Shown here piece by piece: positions 27,788-37,674 of a stretch of 64,000 nucleotides of DNA (its first letter is position 1; every line of letters starts with the position of its first letter). The translations under genes were made by a program, and so were the position numbers. Below the pieces are notes generated by a model. That model ran no database searches and was not told the origin of the DNA. It saw nothing but the letters and a program-made list of their open reading frames with translations. Source of the DNA: an uncultured Acidobacteriota bacterium (lineage in GTDB: Bacteria; Acidobacteriota; UBA6911; RPQK01); the NCBI GenBank assembly GCA_964421755.1, contig CAYQYP010000204.1, forward strand, positions 9,746-73,745. The letters are read 5' to 3'.

Positions 27788-28442
27788 CGTTGCTGTTTTG
27801 GGCCTGCTTTTTTTGAGTCCGCTTCTGCTGGTTTTGGCATGCCTCGTTAAGTTGACCTCTCCCGGTCCGGTGTTTTACAGGCCTCTGCGAGTCGGTCAAG
27901 GCGGGCGGCTGTTCAGACTCAACAAGTTCCGAACCATGGTTCCGGATGCTGAGCGTCTGGGCCCCGGGATCACCGGTCATCGTGACGCGCGAGTCACAGG
28001 GGTGGGCAGGTGGCTTCGCAGGTGGAAGTTGGACGAGCTCCCGCAACTTCTTAATGTCCTGGCCGGAGAAATGGCGCTTGTAGGCCCCAGACCCGAAGAC
28101 CCTAGATACGTTGAATATTACCGGCCGGAGCACGCTGCTGTCCTGTCCGTACGGCCCGGGATAACCGGGGCGGCGAGTCTCGTCTACAGGAATGAGGAAG
28201 AAGCCCTCACGACCCGTAATTGGGAGCAGGAATACATAGCGCGTCTTCTTCCCGCAAAGCTTTTGATCGAGCTGGAGTACCTCGGTCGACGGAACGCTTG
28301 GACGGACCTGAAGCTGGTCTTTGAAACGCTGGGAGCAATTCAAGCTGCCCCCGGCTCTACGAGGAAGAAAGCGCAACCAGTCCACCCCCGTCTGGCGCCG
28401 TCCGACCGGGAGAAAAGGGCGTCATTGGCCGACCGGATATAA
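27768..28442 (+). CDS. Small PglC/WbaP-C-like phosphoglycosyl (sugar-1-phosphate) transferase, the initiating enzyme.
   Basis: Single N-terminal transmembrane helix VAVLGLLFLSPLLLVLACLV. Followed by PGPVFYRPLRVGQGGRLFRLNKFRTM...DELPQLLNVLAGEMALVGPRP, the bacterial sugar transferase signature. It overlaps the upstream gene by 20 nt. Confidence 0.85.
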   Translation: MRWLDFSVAVLGLLFLSPLLLVLACLVKLTSPGPVFYRPLRVGQGGRLFRLNKFRTMVPDAERLGPGITGHRDARVTGVGRWLRRWKLDELPQLLNVLAGEMALVGPRPEDPRYVEYYRPEHAAVLSVRPGITGAASLVYRNEEEALTTRNWEQEYIARLLPAKLLIELEYLGRRNAWTDLKLVFETLGAIQAAPGSTRKKAQPVHPRLAPSDREKRASLADRI

Positions 28443-28467
28443 GCATCAAACAACGCGAGGAGTCACT

Positions 28468-30582
28468 ATGTCGGGCCTGATGAGGCGTCAGGATTCAGTT
28501 CAGGATCAATCGGACGACTCGATCTGGATCGATCAGTTCCTGGAGGAGAAGGACGTCGATTTACTCCGCTACCTGCGGATCATGTGGAAGAGAAAGTGGC
28601 TCGTATCGGCGGTCCTTGCGACAGTAGTGGGAATCGCTGCGCTCTGGACTTTCAGCGCGACGCCGCTTTACCGATCAAGCGTGAAGATTCAGATTGATCC
28701 GGAGGAGAAAGTTCTCCCCTATCAGCAGGTTCTTGACCTCGTCACTAATCCGCGTCATCTGCAGACCCAGACCGAAATTCTGACCAGCCGGATGCTAAGT
28801 GAGCGCGTCAGCCGCGCTCTTCAAAGCAAGGATGGGGTCACTCGGCCCCCGTTCATCGGTTCCTATTTGAAGGTTGATGTCGTCCCAAACACCCAAGTTG
28901 TAAAGGTCAGCTACACGTCAGAGGACCCGACATTTTCGGCGGATGCGGCCAACCTCGTGGCTGAGGAGTACATCCGCTACAACTTCGAGAGCAGGTACAA
29001 CGCGACACTCGAGGCTCGCAACTTTCTTCAACGCGAGCTGTTTGAGGTGAAAAAGAAACTGGAAAAGTCAGAGGAGGAGCTCGCGCGCTATTCCGAATCA
29101 CACGACCTCCACACTGTTTCCGAAGAGGACAATGCTGTAGTTCAGAAGCTGTTTGCGCTTAATAAGGAGCTGACCGAAGTCGAGCAGCGGTTACGGGCCA
29201 ACCGTTACGACGACATTCGGAATTCGACTTCCGCGACCTTCCCGGACAGCTTGAAGAGAGAGACTGTCAAGCAATTGGAGATGCGCCTGTCCGATGCCCG
29301 GCAAAAGCTTGCGGCCTTGTCCGTTGAATTTGGCCCAAATTGGCCCGAGGTAAAGCAGTTGCGGCAGGATATCGCCAACCTGGAGCGCGATCTGGAGGCG
29401 GAGGTGGAGAAGACAGTGGACCAGCAACGCCTGGAATACCAGCTCGACGAAGAACATCGGCGACGCGTCAACGCTTCGATTGCCGCTCACGAACGTCTCG
29501 TGAACCGACTCCGCTCTGACTTGATCCAGTACAACATCATCAAGCGGGAAGTGGACACCGACAAGGAACTTTATGAGGGCTTGCTCCAAAGACTCAAGGA
29601 AGCCGGAGTCTCCGCAGGGCTGAAATCGAACAACATACGTGTCATCGAACAAGCCAGAATTCCCCAGGTCCCATATTCCCCAAACAAGCTGCTCAATCTC
29701 ATCCTGGCAGTTGTTGCGGGGCTGGTTCTCGGTTTCGGATTGGCGCTGTTCGCCGAGCACGTAGATGCGAGTCTGAATAGTCTGGAAGACGTGGAGCAGT
29801 ACGTTGGTTTGCCCTCCCTGGCTTCGATACCGGTCCTGCGACTAGCGCCGGACAACGACCCACGGTTTATGACGATGGAAGCACTGGAGGCAGTGAGCGC
29901 GAATTCGTTCATCGGCGAGGACGCTGGACAGCAGGAGAGCTATCGAGCCCTGAGGACTTCTATTCTCCTTTCCTGCGCCGGAAGGCCGCCTCAGACGATA
30001 TTGGTCACGTCCTCACTTCCCGGGGAAGGCAAGACAACTACAGCCTTGAATCTGAGCGCTTCGCTTGCGCAGACCGGCCGAAGCGCGGTGCTGGTCGAGC
30101 TCGATCTCCGGAGAGGATCCGCCAGCAGGATCCTGAAGCCGGATGGCACCTGCGGTATGAGCGGCTACTTGTCCGGCCACTGCGAACTGGCGGACGTGGT
30201 GGAAAACACTGGAGTGCCGAACCTCTATCTTATGCCGGCCGGCGCCCCACCGCCCAATCCGGCCGAACTTGTCGGTTCAAAAAGGATGGAGCTGGCATTG
30301 GAAACGCTGGCTCGATCCTTTGATTACGTAGTTTTGGATTCTCCGCCGGTACTCAGCTTCACGGATGCGGTCGTGGTATCTACGTTGGTCGACGGCGTCG
30401 TCTTCGTTGTCCAAGGTGGAAAGACCTCCCGAAGCGCCGCGCAGCAGGCCAAGAAGCAGCTGGCCATTGTGGGGGCCCACGTTCTCGGAACGGTCATGAA
30501 CCGAGTGAAAGGCCTTAGTTCGGGCTGCTACGCTTACTACCCGGAACCCGACGCCTACCAGAAAAGGACCTGGCACGGCTAG
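28468..30582 (+). CDS. Wzc-like polysaccharide co-polymerase (PCP-2a) with a C-terminal BY-kinase domain and a Tyr-rich tail.
   Basis: GAGGAG Shine-Dalgarno before the ATG at 28468. Transmembrane helix, Wzz/GumC region, long coiled coil, second transmembrane helix. Walker A SSLPGEGKTTTALNLSASLA. Walker B VVLDSPPV. C-terminal CYAYYPEPDAY. Confidence 0.85.
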   Translation: MSGLMRRQDSVQDQSDDSIWIDQFLEEKDVDLLRYLRIMWKRKWLVSAVLATVVGIAALWTFSATPLYRSSVKIQIDPEEKVLPYQQVLDLVTNPRHLQTQTEILTSRMLSERVSRALQSKDGVTRPPFIGSYLKVDVVPNTQVVKVSYTSEDPTFSADAANLVAEEYIRYNFESRYNATLEARNFLQRELFEVKKKLEKSEEELARYSESHDLHTVSEEDNAVVQKLFALNKELTEVEQRLRANRYDDIRNSTSATFPDSLKRETVKQLEMRLSDARQKLAALSVEFGPNWPEVKQLRQDIANLERDLEAEVEKTVDQQRLEYQLDEEHRRRVNASIAAHERLVNRLRSDLIQYNIIKREVDTDKELYEGLLQRLKEAGVSAGLKSNNIRVIEQARIPQVPYSPNKLLNLILAVVAGLVLGFGLALFAEHVDASLNSLEDVEQYVGLPSLASIPVLRLAPDNDPRFMTMEALEAVSANSFIGEDAGQQESYRALRTSILLSCAGRPPQTILVTSSLPGEGKTTTALNLSASLAQTGRSAVLVELDLRRGSASRILKPDGTCGMSGYLSGHCELADVVENTGVPNLYLMPAGAPPPNPAELVGSKRMELALETLARSFDYVVLDSPPVLSFTDAVVVSTLVDGVVFVVQGGKTSRSAAQQAKKQLAIVGAHVLGTVMNRVKGLSSGCYAYYPEPDAYQKRTWHG

Positions 30583-30629
30583 GCGATCTCTCCCCGACAT
30601 CCCAGCGCGCAATTGAAAGGAGCACGGTT

Positions 30630-32588
30630 ATGAGTCAGGCAGACGGTACCGCACTCCAGCATCTCGCCACTGAAACAACTTTCGATCGGCTCATCAAGGT
30701 GAGCCAGAAACTGCTGTTCCGGCGTGTCAGTCAGGTGGCGTTGGATGCCCTCGTCGTCGCCAGCGCTCTTTTTACTGCTTACCTGGTCCGATTTGACGGT
30801 GAGATCCCTGCGGACCACTACTCGCAGGTTCTGAGGCTGCTTGCCGTAACCCCGGTCCTGTACTTGGCAACGAGCTCCGTCGTGGGAGTTTACGGTCAGG
30901 TGTGGAGATACACCTGCTTGAGAGATATCCAATGCCTCGTTCTGTCAGTCGGCTGCAGTTCCCTGGTGGTTCTGGTCGTCCGAATAGCTGAACATCCGAT
31001 TGGTGGAACAGGTCTGCCGTTGGGCGTTGTGCTCCTCCAACCGATCCTGACGTGCGGAGGTTGGGTGGGCTGCAGGCTGTTACGACGGGTCATGTATCAC
31101 CGGACGGTTCCTAGTGATGTCGGACGGCGGGGTCTTATGGCCCGGCGACGGATGGTCCTTGTTGGGGCCGGGCAGGCAGGAGTGTACCTGGTTCGGGAGT
31201 TCCTGAAAGCGAAGCAGTCCGATCTTGTAGGGTTCCTGGATGACAATCCCGAGCTCCACGGCAGGAGGATCGAAGGACTGAAGGTACTGGGCAGCACTCG
31301 TGATTTGGAGAAGGTCGTCGCCCGGGAGAGGATAGGTGAAGTGGTCCTCAGCATGCCGAGCACCGCCCGCTCCGTCACTCTTTCCCTTGCTGACCGGTGC
31401 CGAAAGGCGGGAGTAAGAGTTTCGACGGTTCCATCCGTTACCGAAATACTTTCAGGCGAACTCGGCATAACCGAGATCCGCCCCGTCCAGATGGAGGATC
31501 TACTCGGACGATGCAGCGTCGACTGTTACGCCCCCCCTGAGTTCCTCAAGACCTATCGGGGCAAACGCATTATGGTGACCGGCGCGGGGGGATCGATCGG
31601 ATCGGAGCTGGTCAGACAACTGAGGAGGCTGGAACCCTCGTCATTGATCTTGCTCGACAAGGACGAAAACAGCCTCTACGAAACTGTCTTGGAGATTCAA
31701 GAAGATTTCGACAATGTGGCCGAGATCATCGCGGACATCAAGGATCAGGCGCGACTCAACAAGCTGTTTGGCGAGCTGATGCCACAGATCGTCTTTCACG
31801 CCGCCGCCTACAAGCATGTTCCACTCATGGAAACATGCCCGGCGCAGGCGGTTCAAAACAATGTCATCGGGACGCGCAACGTGGTGGCTGCAGCCGATCG
31901 CTTTGGCGTCGAGCGCTTCGTTCTGATCTCAACGGATAAGGCCGTGAACCCGTCGAGTGTCATGGGGGCGTCCAAACGAGTTGCTGAAATGATTGTCCAA
32001 GGCAGCGCCGCCCGCGACCGGCGTTACTGCAGCGTCCGGTTCGGCAACGTTCTGGGTAGTCGAGCGAGCGTTGTGCCTCTTTTTCAGAAGCGGATCAGAC
32101 AAGGCAAGACCATCCCGGTCACGCATCCCGATGTGGAGCGTTACTTCATGACGATTCCGGAAGCTGTCCACCTCGTCATCCAGGCCGGCTCTATAGGGCA
32201 AGGGGGCGAGATCTTCATGCTGGACATGGGAAAACCGGTCAAGATTATGGAGCTCGCCCGGAATCTGATCCGTCTGTCCGGCCTGGAGCCCGAAAAGGAC
32301 GTCCAGATCCAGATAACCGGAATGAGGGCGGGGGAGAAGCTCTATGAGCAGTTGATGGTCGACGGACAGGACACCATCTCCTCGACCAGACATCCGAAGA
32401 TTTTTGTGGTGCACGCGGCGTCTCCGGATCCCTTCCTGGTTCAGCAGCACTTGCGCCGGCTCGAAAAAGCTGCCGCCGACGACGACGATGCAGAGATCAG
32501 GAGACTCTTCGGCGGCCTCCGGATTGGGTACAAACCGCCCTCTCGCAGGGCTTACGGCAAGACGGCAGCATCTCTCCGGTTTAACTGA
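30630..32588 (+). CDS. CapD/WbpM/PglF-like membrane-anchored NDP-sugar 4,6-dehydratase (polysaccharide biosynthesis protein CapD).
   Basis: Four N-terminal transmembrane helices. Rossmann motif VTGAGGSIGSEL. Further motifs ISTDKAVNPSSVMGASKRVAE, RFGNVLGSRASVVPLF. Confidence 0.9.
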   Translation: MSQADGTALQHLATETTFDRLIKVSQKLLFRRVSQVALDALVVASALFTAYLVRFDGEIPADHYSQVLRLLAVTPVLYLATSSVVGVYGQVWRYTCLRDIQCLVLSVGCSSLVVLVVRIAEHPIGGTGLPLGVVLLQPILTCGGWVGCRLLRRVMYHRTVPSDVGRRGLMARRRMVLVGAGQAGVYLVREFLKAKQSDLVGFLDDNPELHGRRIEGLKVLGSTRDLEKVVARERIGEVVLSMPSTARSVTLSLADRCRKAGVRVSTVPSVTEILSGELGITEIRPVQMEDLLGRCSVDCYAPPEFLKTYRGKRIMVTGAGGSIGSELVRQLRRLEPSSLILLDKDENSLYETVLEIQEDFDNVAEIIADIKDQARLNKLFGELMPQIVFHAAAYKHVPLMETCPAQAVQNNVIGTRNVVAAADRFGVERFVLISTDKAVNPSSVMGASKRVAEMIVQGSAARDRRYCSVRFGNVLGSRASVVPLFQKRIRQGKTIPVTHPDVERYFMTIPEAVHLVIQAGSIGQGGEIFMLDMGKPVKIMELARNLIRLSGLEPEKDVQIQITGMRAGEKLYEQLMVDGQDTISSTRHPKIFVVHAASPDPFLVQQHLRRLEKAAADDDDAEIRRLFGGLRIGYKPPSRRAYGKTAASLRFN

Positions 32589-32606
32589 TACAAGCTCGGG
32601 TCCATT

Positions 32607-33902
32607 ATGTCCATAGCAATTGATGCCAGGAACATCTCGAAAATATACCGGATCGGTCGCGCCGAGCAGAAGCGCGACACGTTGGTTGGAGCCTGCATGA
32701 ACCTGGCTTCGATTCCTATCCGCAACTTGCGCCGACTTCGCAGTCTTTCGGTCTTCGGCGGGAACCAGGATGAAGAGGACACGATCTGGGCGCTCAAGGA
32801 TGTTACTTTCCAAGTCCACACTGGCGATGTTATCGGAATCGTAGGCCGCAACGGCTCCGGAAAATCCACTCTTCTGAAGGTCCTGTCCAGAATAACTCCG
32901 CCAACACGCGGTGAAGCGCGTATCTACGGGCGAATGAGCTCGCTTCTGGAGGTGGGAACAGGCTTTCATCCGGAGCTGAGCGGGCGCGAAAACCTCTACT
33001 TGAACGGTACGATTCTCGGCATGACCAAGGCTGAGATAGTCAAGAAATTCGACGAGATTGTCGACTTTGCGGGGGTTGAGAAGTTCATCGACACGCCCGT
33101 GAAACGGTACTCAAGCGGCATGAGGGTCCGCCTGGCCTTTGCGGTGGCCGCCCATCTGGAACCGGAAATCATGGTGGTTGATGAAGTGCTGGCCGTCGGC
33201 GACCTGGCATTTCAGAGGAAATGCCTTGGAAAGATGAACGAAGTGGGCGAATCCGGGCGGACTGTCCTTCTGGTTAGCCATCAAATGAGCCAGCTCCGTC
33301 GGCTCTGCAAGCGGGCCATTTGGATCGATGGGGGCGCGATTCAGAAGTTCGGCCCGACCGCAGAGGTTCTTGGGGCGTACGAGAAATCGATGAGCGGCGA
33401 CGAGAACCAGTCGTTGTGGACCGTCCGAGAATCGAGGCGCAAAGCCTCCTTTCTAGGCTGGGACATTGCAGAGCCCCAACCCAGGCAGCCGAACGTAGTC
33501 GAGACCCACGGCGCCGTTGTTGTCAGATTCCACCTGCAGGTAATGCAACCTATCCACGACGGCCACCACGACCTGTTTCTCTATGATGCTGAGGGACGGC
33601 TGGTCTGGGGAACGGTGGCGAGTGATCTCGAACTGGAGCCGGGAAAGCACGCATTTGTGTACACTCTCTCGAGTCTGCCACTTCGGCCTGGTTCTTACAG
33701 TTGGAGAGTCACCCTCTACGACAGGGCCACGGGCCTGATTGACCGCCAGAACTGTGTCCCGGAGCTGCTGATAGCCACCGAGCCCCTGGGCCACCCTCGG
33801 GATGAATGGGCAGGATTTCTAAACTTCCCACACACGTTTCGCGCGGTTCGCGACAACCATACTGCGCGGGCGGACAGGCCCGCCGTTTCAGTCACCCGAT
33901 AG
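32607..33902 (+). CDS. ABC transporter ATP-binding protein of the polysaccharide-export type (Wzt/TagH-like) with a ~170 aa C-terminal extension.
   Basis: Walker A GRNGSGKSTLLK. Signature YSSGMRVRLAF. Walker B MVVDEVLAVGD. An extra C-terminal domain (residues ~260-431) is predicted beta-rich (VVVRFHLQV...YSWRVTLYD). Confidence 0.85.
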   Translation: MSIAIDARNISKIYRIGRAEQKRDTLVGACMNLASIPIRNLRRLRSLSVFGGNQDEEDTIWALKDVTFQVHTGDVIGIVGRNGSGKSTLLKVLSRITPPTRGEARIYGRMSSLLEVGTGFHPELSGRENLYLNGTILGMTKAEIVKKFDEIVDFAGVEKFIDTPVKRYSSGMRVRLAFAVAAHLEPEIMVVDEVLAVGDLAFQRKCLGKMNEVGESGRTVLLVSHQMSQLRRLCKRAIWIDGGAIQKFGPTAEVLGAYEKSMSGDENQSLWTVRESRRKASFLGWDIAEPQPRQPNVVETHGAVVVRFHLQVMQPIHDGHHDLFLYDAEGRLVWGTVASDLELEPGKHAFVYTLSSLPLRPGSYSWRVTLYDRATGLIDRQNCVPELLIATEPLGHPRDEWAGFLNFPHTFRAVRDNHTARADRPAVSVTR

Positions 33903-33911
33903 TAAAAGCAA

Positions 33912-34784
33912 ATGAACATTAGTTCCCGGACTCTAATCGAACATGGCGGGCCGACTACATCGCGGCAACAGCCGGTGGCCGTCCTGACTCCGAGAGTCTC
34001 AGTGTTGCCCGACCGCAAGGAGCTTTGGCGCTATCGCGACCTTCTCTTCTTCCTGGTATGGCGGGATGTGAAAGCGCGGTATGCGCAGTCTGTGCTCGGC
34101 GTCGGCTGGGCAATAATACAGCCGCTCTTCTCGATGATCGTATTCACAGTGGTGTTCGGGTCACTTGCAAAGATTGACTCGGAGGGTCGCCCGTACGCGA
34201 TCTTCAGCTATACGGCGCTTGTCCCCTGGACTTACTTCTCAAACGCCGTCTCGACGAGCACAGGAAGCCTGATCACCAGTTCCGGCATGTTGAGCAAGGT
34301 CTACTTCCCGCGACTGATTATTCCGCTGACTCCGCTTCTCAGCAAGCTGATCGATTTCGGCGTGGGATTCTCAATCCTTTTCGTCTTGATGCTTTGGTTC
34401 CAGGTTACGCCCACATTGAACGCCCTTTACATACCCCTGCTGTTGATGGTTTTGATGCTGGCGGCTGGCGGGATGGGAATGTGGCTCACCTCTCTGGCAG
34501 TCCAATACCGGGATGTCAATTACGGGATTTCCTTTGGAATGCAACTCCTGATGTATGCGGCCCCAGTGGTCTATCCGGCCAGCCTCGTGCCAGACGCTTA
34601 TCGCAGCTTCTACGCGCTCAACCCCATGGTCGGGGTCATCGAAGGATTCCGCGCCGGCCTGCTTGGAACCACTCCAATGCCTTGGGATCTTATTGCTATC
34701 GGCAGTTGCACGGCCCTCCTTCTTTTTGTCACTGGCGCTCTCTTCTTTCGTCATAAGGAAGCTGCTTTCGCAGATGTCGTTTAG
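33912..34784 (+). CDS. ABC-2 type polysaccharide export permease (Wzm-like).
   Basis: Six transmembrane helices. Conserved N-terminal LWRYRDLLFFLVWRDVKARYAQSVLGVGWAIIQPL, typical of Wzm/KpsM/TagG. Confidence 0.85.
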   Translation: MNISSRTLIEHGGPTTSRQQPVAVLTPRVSVLPDRKELWRYRDLLFFLVWRDVKARYAQSVLGVGWAIIQPLFSMIVFTVVFGSLAKIDSEGRPYAIFSYTALVPWTYFSNAVSTSTGSLITSSGMLSKVYFPRLIIPLTPLLSKLIDFGVGFSILFVLMLWFQVTPTLNALYIPLLLMVLMLAAGGMGMWLTSLAVQYRDVNYGISFGMQLLMYAAPVVYPASLVPDAYRSFYALNPMVGVIEGFRAGLLGTTPMPWDLIAIGSCTALLLFVTGALFFRHKEAAFADVV

Positions 34785-34900
34785 CCCCCCGTCTAGCCCA
34801 CGTCTAGCCCGGATTCGCGCGTTGAACCCCCGGGTATGCCCGCCCGAGCTGCGCACGCAGCGAGGGCGCTGAAAATGCTGAAAATGATGCGGACCCGATC

Positions 34901-35716
34901 ATGGATATAGTGGCAGTCGTACCGGCAGGCGGGATGGGGACAAGAATTGCGCCGTCGCCCGTCAGTAAGGAGATCTTTCCCCTGGGCTTCTCGGTTCTTG
35001 ACGCTCAGTCGGCGCCCCGGCCGAAAGTCGCCCTTGAACACCTCTTCGAGAAGATGACCCGGGCTGGCATCCGGAAGGTGTACCTGGTGATTGGCAAGGG
35101 GAAGTGGGATATTCCTGCTTATACTGGGGATGGGTCGGCGTTCGGATTGGAAATCGCTTACCTGGTTCTTCGTGTCCCGTGGGGAGTTCCTTTCACAGTT
35201 GATCAGGCGTATCCGTTCGTCAGTAATTCCCTGGTCGCAATGGGCTTCGCGGATATCCTCTTTTCCCCAGATGACGCTTTTGTCCAGCTGATGGCGCTGT
35301 GCGAGGAAACCGCGGCCGATGTTGTTCTGGGCGTTGTCCCTGCGCCACGGGGCCGGAGGGTGGAACGTCTGGCGCTGGGCCCGGCCGGCCGTGTACAGGA
35401 GTTCGACATCAAGTCAGACCAGTCGCGCCTGGAGCACAGCTGGACGTGCTCCATCTGGAGGCCGCGGTTCTCCGATTTTCTGCACACTCACCTGAAGGGA
35501 AGACTTGAAGCCGGCGCCTCTCAACTTTTCGCCGAGGAGAGGGAACTCTGTCTGGGAGACGTTTTTCAGGCTGCTTCCGAAGGCGGGTTGGAAATCTGCG
35601 GTAAGGTCCTGTCTTCCGAACCGTACCTGGATATAGGCACGCCCGAGGATTTGCGGACCGCGATTCGACTCTGCACCGACTCGCAAACCCGTCCGGGCAA
35701 TCTCACCACTCAATAA
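34901..35716 (+). CDS. Sugar-phosphate nucleotidyltransferase family protein.
   Basis: N-terminal IVAVVPAGGMGTRIAP (the GxGxR NTP_transferase motif). Confidence 0.65.
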   Translation: MDIVAVVPAGGMGTRIAPSPVSKEIFPLGFSVLDAQSAPRPKVALEHLFEKMTRAGIRKVYLVIGKGKWDIPAYTGDGSAFGLEIAYLVLRVPWGVPFTVDQAYPFVSNSLVAMGFADILFSPDDAFVQLMALCEETAADVVLGVVPAPRGRRVERLALGPAGRVQEFDIKSDQSRLEHSWTCSIWRPRFSDFLHTHLKGRLEAGASQLFAEERELCLGDVFQAASEGGLEICGKVLSSEPYLDIGTPEDLRTAIRLCTDSQTRPGNLTTQ

Positions 35717-35734
35717 CAGGTTGGAGGTGGTCTC

Positions 35735-36577
35735 ATGGAGAGAGCCGACAATAAGATGAAGGTAATCATCTTAGCCGGGGGATTTGGATCACGGTTGTCT
35801 GAAGAAACCGTACTTCGACCCAAACCCATGGTCGAAATAGGTGGCAAGCCAATCCTCTGGCACATTCTGAACATCTACTCCGCTCACGGGTTCGACGAAT
35901 TCATAGTGGCGCTGGGCTACAAGGCGGAGGTGGTCAAGGAGTACTTCCTCAAGTTCTACGCCCTGAACAACGACATTTCCGTGGACCTGTCGACTGGAAA
36001 GACGGTAATCCACGATGGGAGACAACCCAGCTGGAAAGTGCATCTCGTGGATACCGGACTTCACACGCAGACCGGTGGTCGGCTGAAGCGGCTCAAATCT
36101 TGGCTCAAACCGGGGGAAGACTTCATGTTCACCTACGGAGACGGAGTCACCGATCTCGATATCCCCGCCTTGACCGCTTTTCACCGATCGCACGGCAAGT
36201 TGGGCACGGTGACGACGGTTCGATCACCCGAGCGATTCGGCAGGCTAGCTTTCCAGGGTGATCAGGTGACGGAATTCTACGAAAAGTCGGAGGCGAGCGA
36301 GGGGTGGATCAATGGTGGTTACTTCGTCCTCAATTACGACGCCATCGACTACATCGACGGGGACGACACCGCTTGGGAACGCACCCCTGTTGAAAGACTG
36401 GCCCACGACGGGCAGCTGGTCGGATATCGGCATTACGGTTTCTGGTCCTGCATGGACACGCTGCGCGAGAGGAATTCCCTTGAAGACCTCTGGAATTCGG
36501 GCAACGCGCCCTGGAGGATCTGGGACAAAAAGCAGCCAGGCGAACGGGAAATTCCGAAAATCATGGCGGTAGGATGA
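35735..36577 (+). CDS. rfbF: Glucose-1-phosphate cytidylyltransferase.
   Basis: MKVIILAGGFGSRLSEETVLRPKPMVEIGGKPILWHI...FTYGDGVTDLDI...GWINGGYFVL are the characteristic RfbF/DdhA blocks. GGAGGTGG Shine-Dalgarno before 35735. Confidence 0.9.
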   Translation: MERADNKMKVIILAGGFGSRLSEETVLRPKPMVEIGGKPILWHILNIYSAHGFDEFIVALGYKAEVVKEYFLKFYALNNDISVDLSTGKTVIHDGRQPSWKVHLVDTGLHTQTGGRLKRLKSWLKPGEDFMFTYGDGVTDLDIPALTAFHRSHGKLGTVTTVRSPERFGRLAFQGDQVTEFYEKSEASEGWINGGYFVLNYDAIDYIDGDDTAWERTPVERLAHDGQLVGYRHYGFWSCMDTLRERNSLEDLWNSGNAPWRIWDKKQPGEREIPKIMAVG

Positions 36578-37674
36578 TGAAGATACTAGTCACCGGCTCT
36601 GAAGGTTACATTGGCAGCGTTCTGACGGAAAAGTTGATGGCGCGTGGCCATCAGGTTCAGGGATTGGATACGGGCTATTACTCGGAAGTCTGCCTGTATC
36701 CGGTCGGACAGCCCAGCCGATTGCTAAGGAAAGATGTCCGGGAAGTCGTCACCAACGACCTCGAGGGTTTTGACGCCGTCGTGCATCTCGCCGAGCTTTC
36801 GAACGACCCCTTGGGGCAACATAACCCCGAAACGACCTACGAAATCAATCACCTCGGTTCGGTAGGGCTCGCTCGCAAGTGCAAAGAGGCGGGCGTAAGA
36901 CGTTTCGTGTACAGCTCCTCCTGTAGCGTCTATGGCGCAGGCTCCGATGAGCTCAAGACCGAAGAGTCCACCACCGCGCCGCAGACCGCCTACGCGCACT
37001 GCAAACTGCTGGTCGAACGGGATGTTTCCGCGCTCGCGGATAGCCGCTTCTGTCCCACATTCCTTCGAAACGCTACGGCCTATGGGCCGTCCCCCCGAAT
37101 CCGCTTCGACCTGGTCCTGAACAATCTGGCAGGGCTTGCATGGACGGCAGGGGAGATCAGGATGACCAGCGATGGGAGCCCACTCAGGCCCCTCGTTCAT
37201 GTCGAGGACATCTCCGAAGCGTTTTGCTGTGTGCTGGAAGCGCCCGAGGATGTAATTCATTGCCAGGTGTTCAACGTGGGAGACAACCGGCAGAATTATC
37301 GAGTCCGGGAGATAGCAGACATCGTTGGAGGGGTTTTCACCGGCTGCAACGTGACTTTCGGTCAGAATAATGGAGACAAGCGCAGCTACCGCGTTTGTTT
37401 CGACAAAATCAATTCCTCATTGCCGGGATTTCGGTGCCGCCTCGATGCTCGGCAGGGCGCCGCCCAACTGCTTCTGGTGTTTCGGCAGCTGAAGATGAGC
37501 CGAGAAGTTTTCGAGTTCCGCACCTTCACTCGTCTCAAGCAACTGGAGTACCTGCTTGGCTTGTCGCAGATAGACAGCCACTTCCTCTGGAAGAACAGGT
37601 CGCCCGAACCTACGGCTGGCGAAGGACTTTCTGTTCTGTTCGCGGCGACTGCAGCTGCTCGGGGATCGCTATGA
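36574..37674 (+). CDS. NAD-dependent epimerase/dehydratase (extended SDR) acting on an NDP-sugar.
   Basis: ILVTGSEGYIGSVL Rossmann motif. YAHCKLLVE (YxxxK). ATGA overlap with rfbF. Confidence 0.8.
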   Translation: MMKILVTGSEGYIGSVLTEKLMARGHQVQGLDTGYYSEVCLYPVGQPSRLLRKDVREVVTNDLEGFDAVVHLAELSNDPLGQHNPETTYEINHLGSVGLARKCKEAGVRRFVYSSSCSVYGAGSDELKTEESTTAPQTAYAHCKLLVERDVSALADSRFCPTFLRNATAYGPSPRIRFDLVLNNLAGLAWTAGEIRMTSDGSPLRPLVHVEDISEAFCCVLEAPEDVIHCQVFNVGDNRQNYRVREIADIVGGVFTGCNVTFGQNNGDKRSYRVCFDKINSSLPGFRCRLDARQGAAQLLLVFRQLKMSREVFEFRTFTRLKQLEYLLGLSQIDSHFLWKNRSPEPTAGEGLSVLFAATAAARGSL

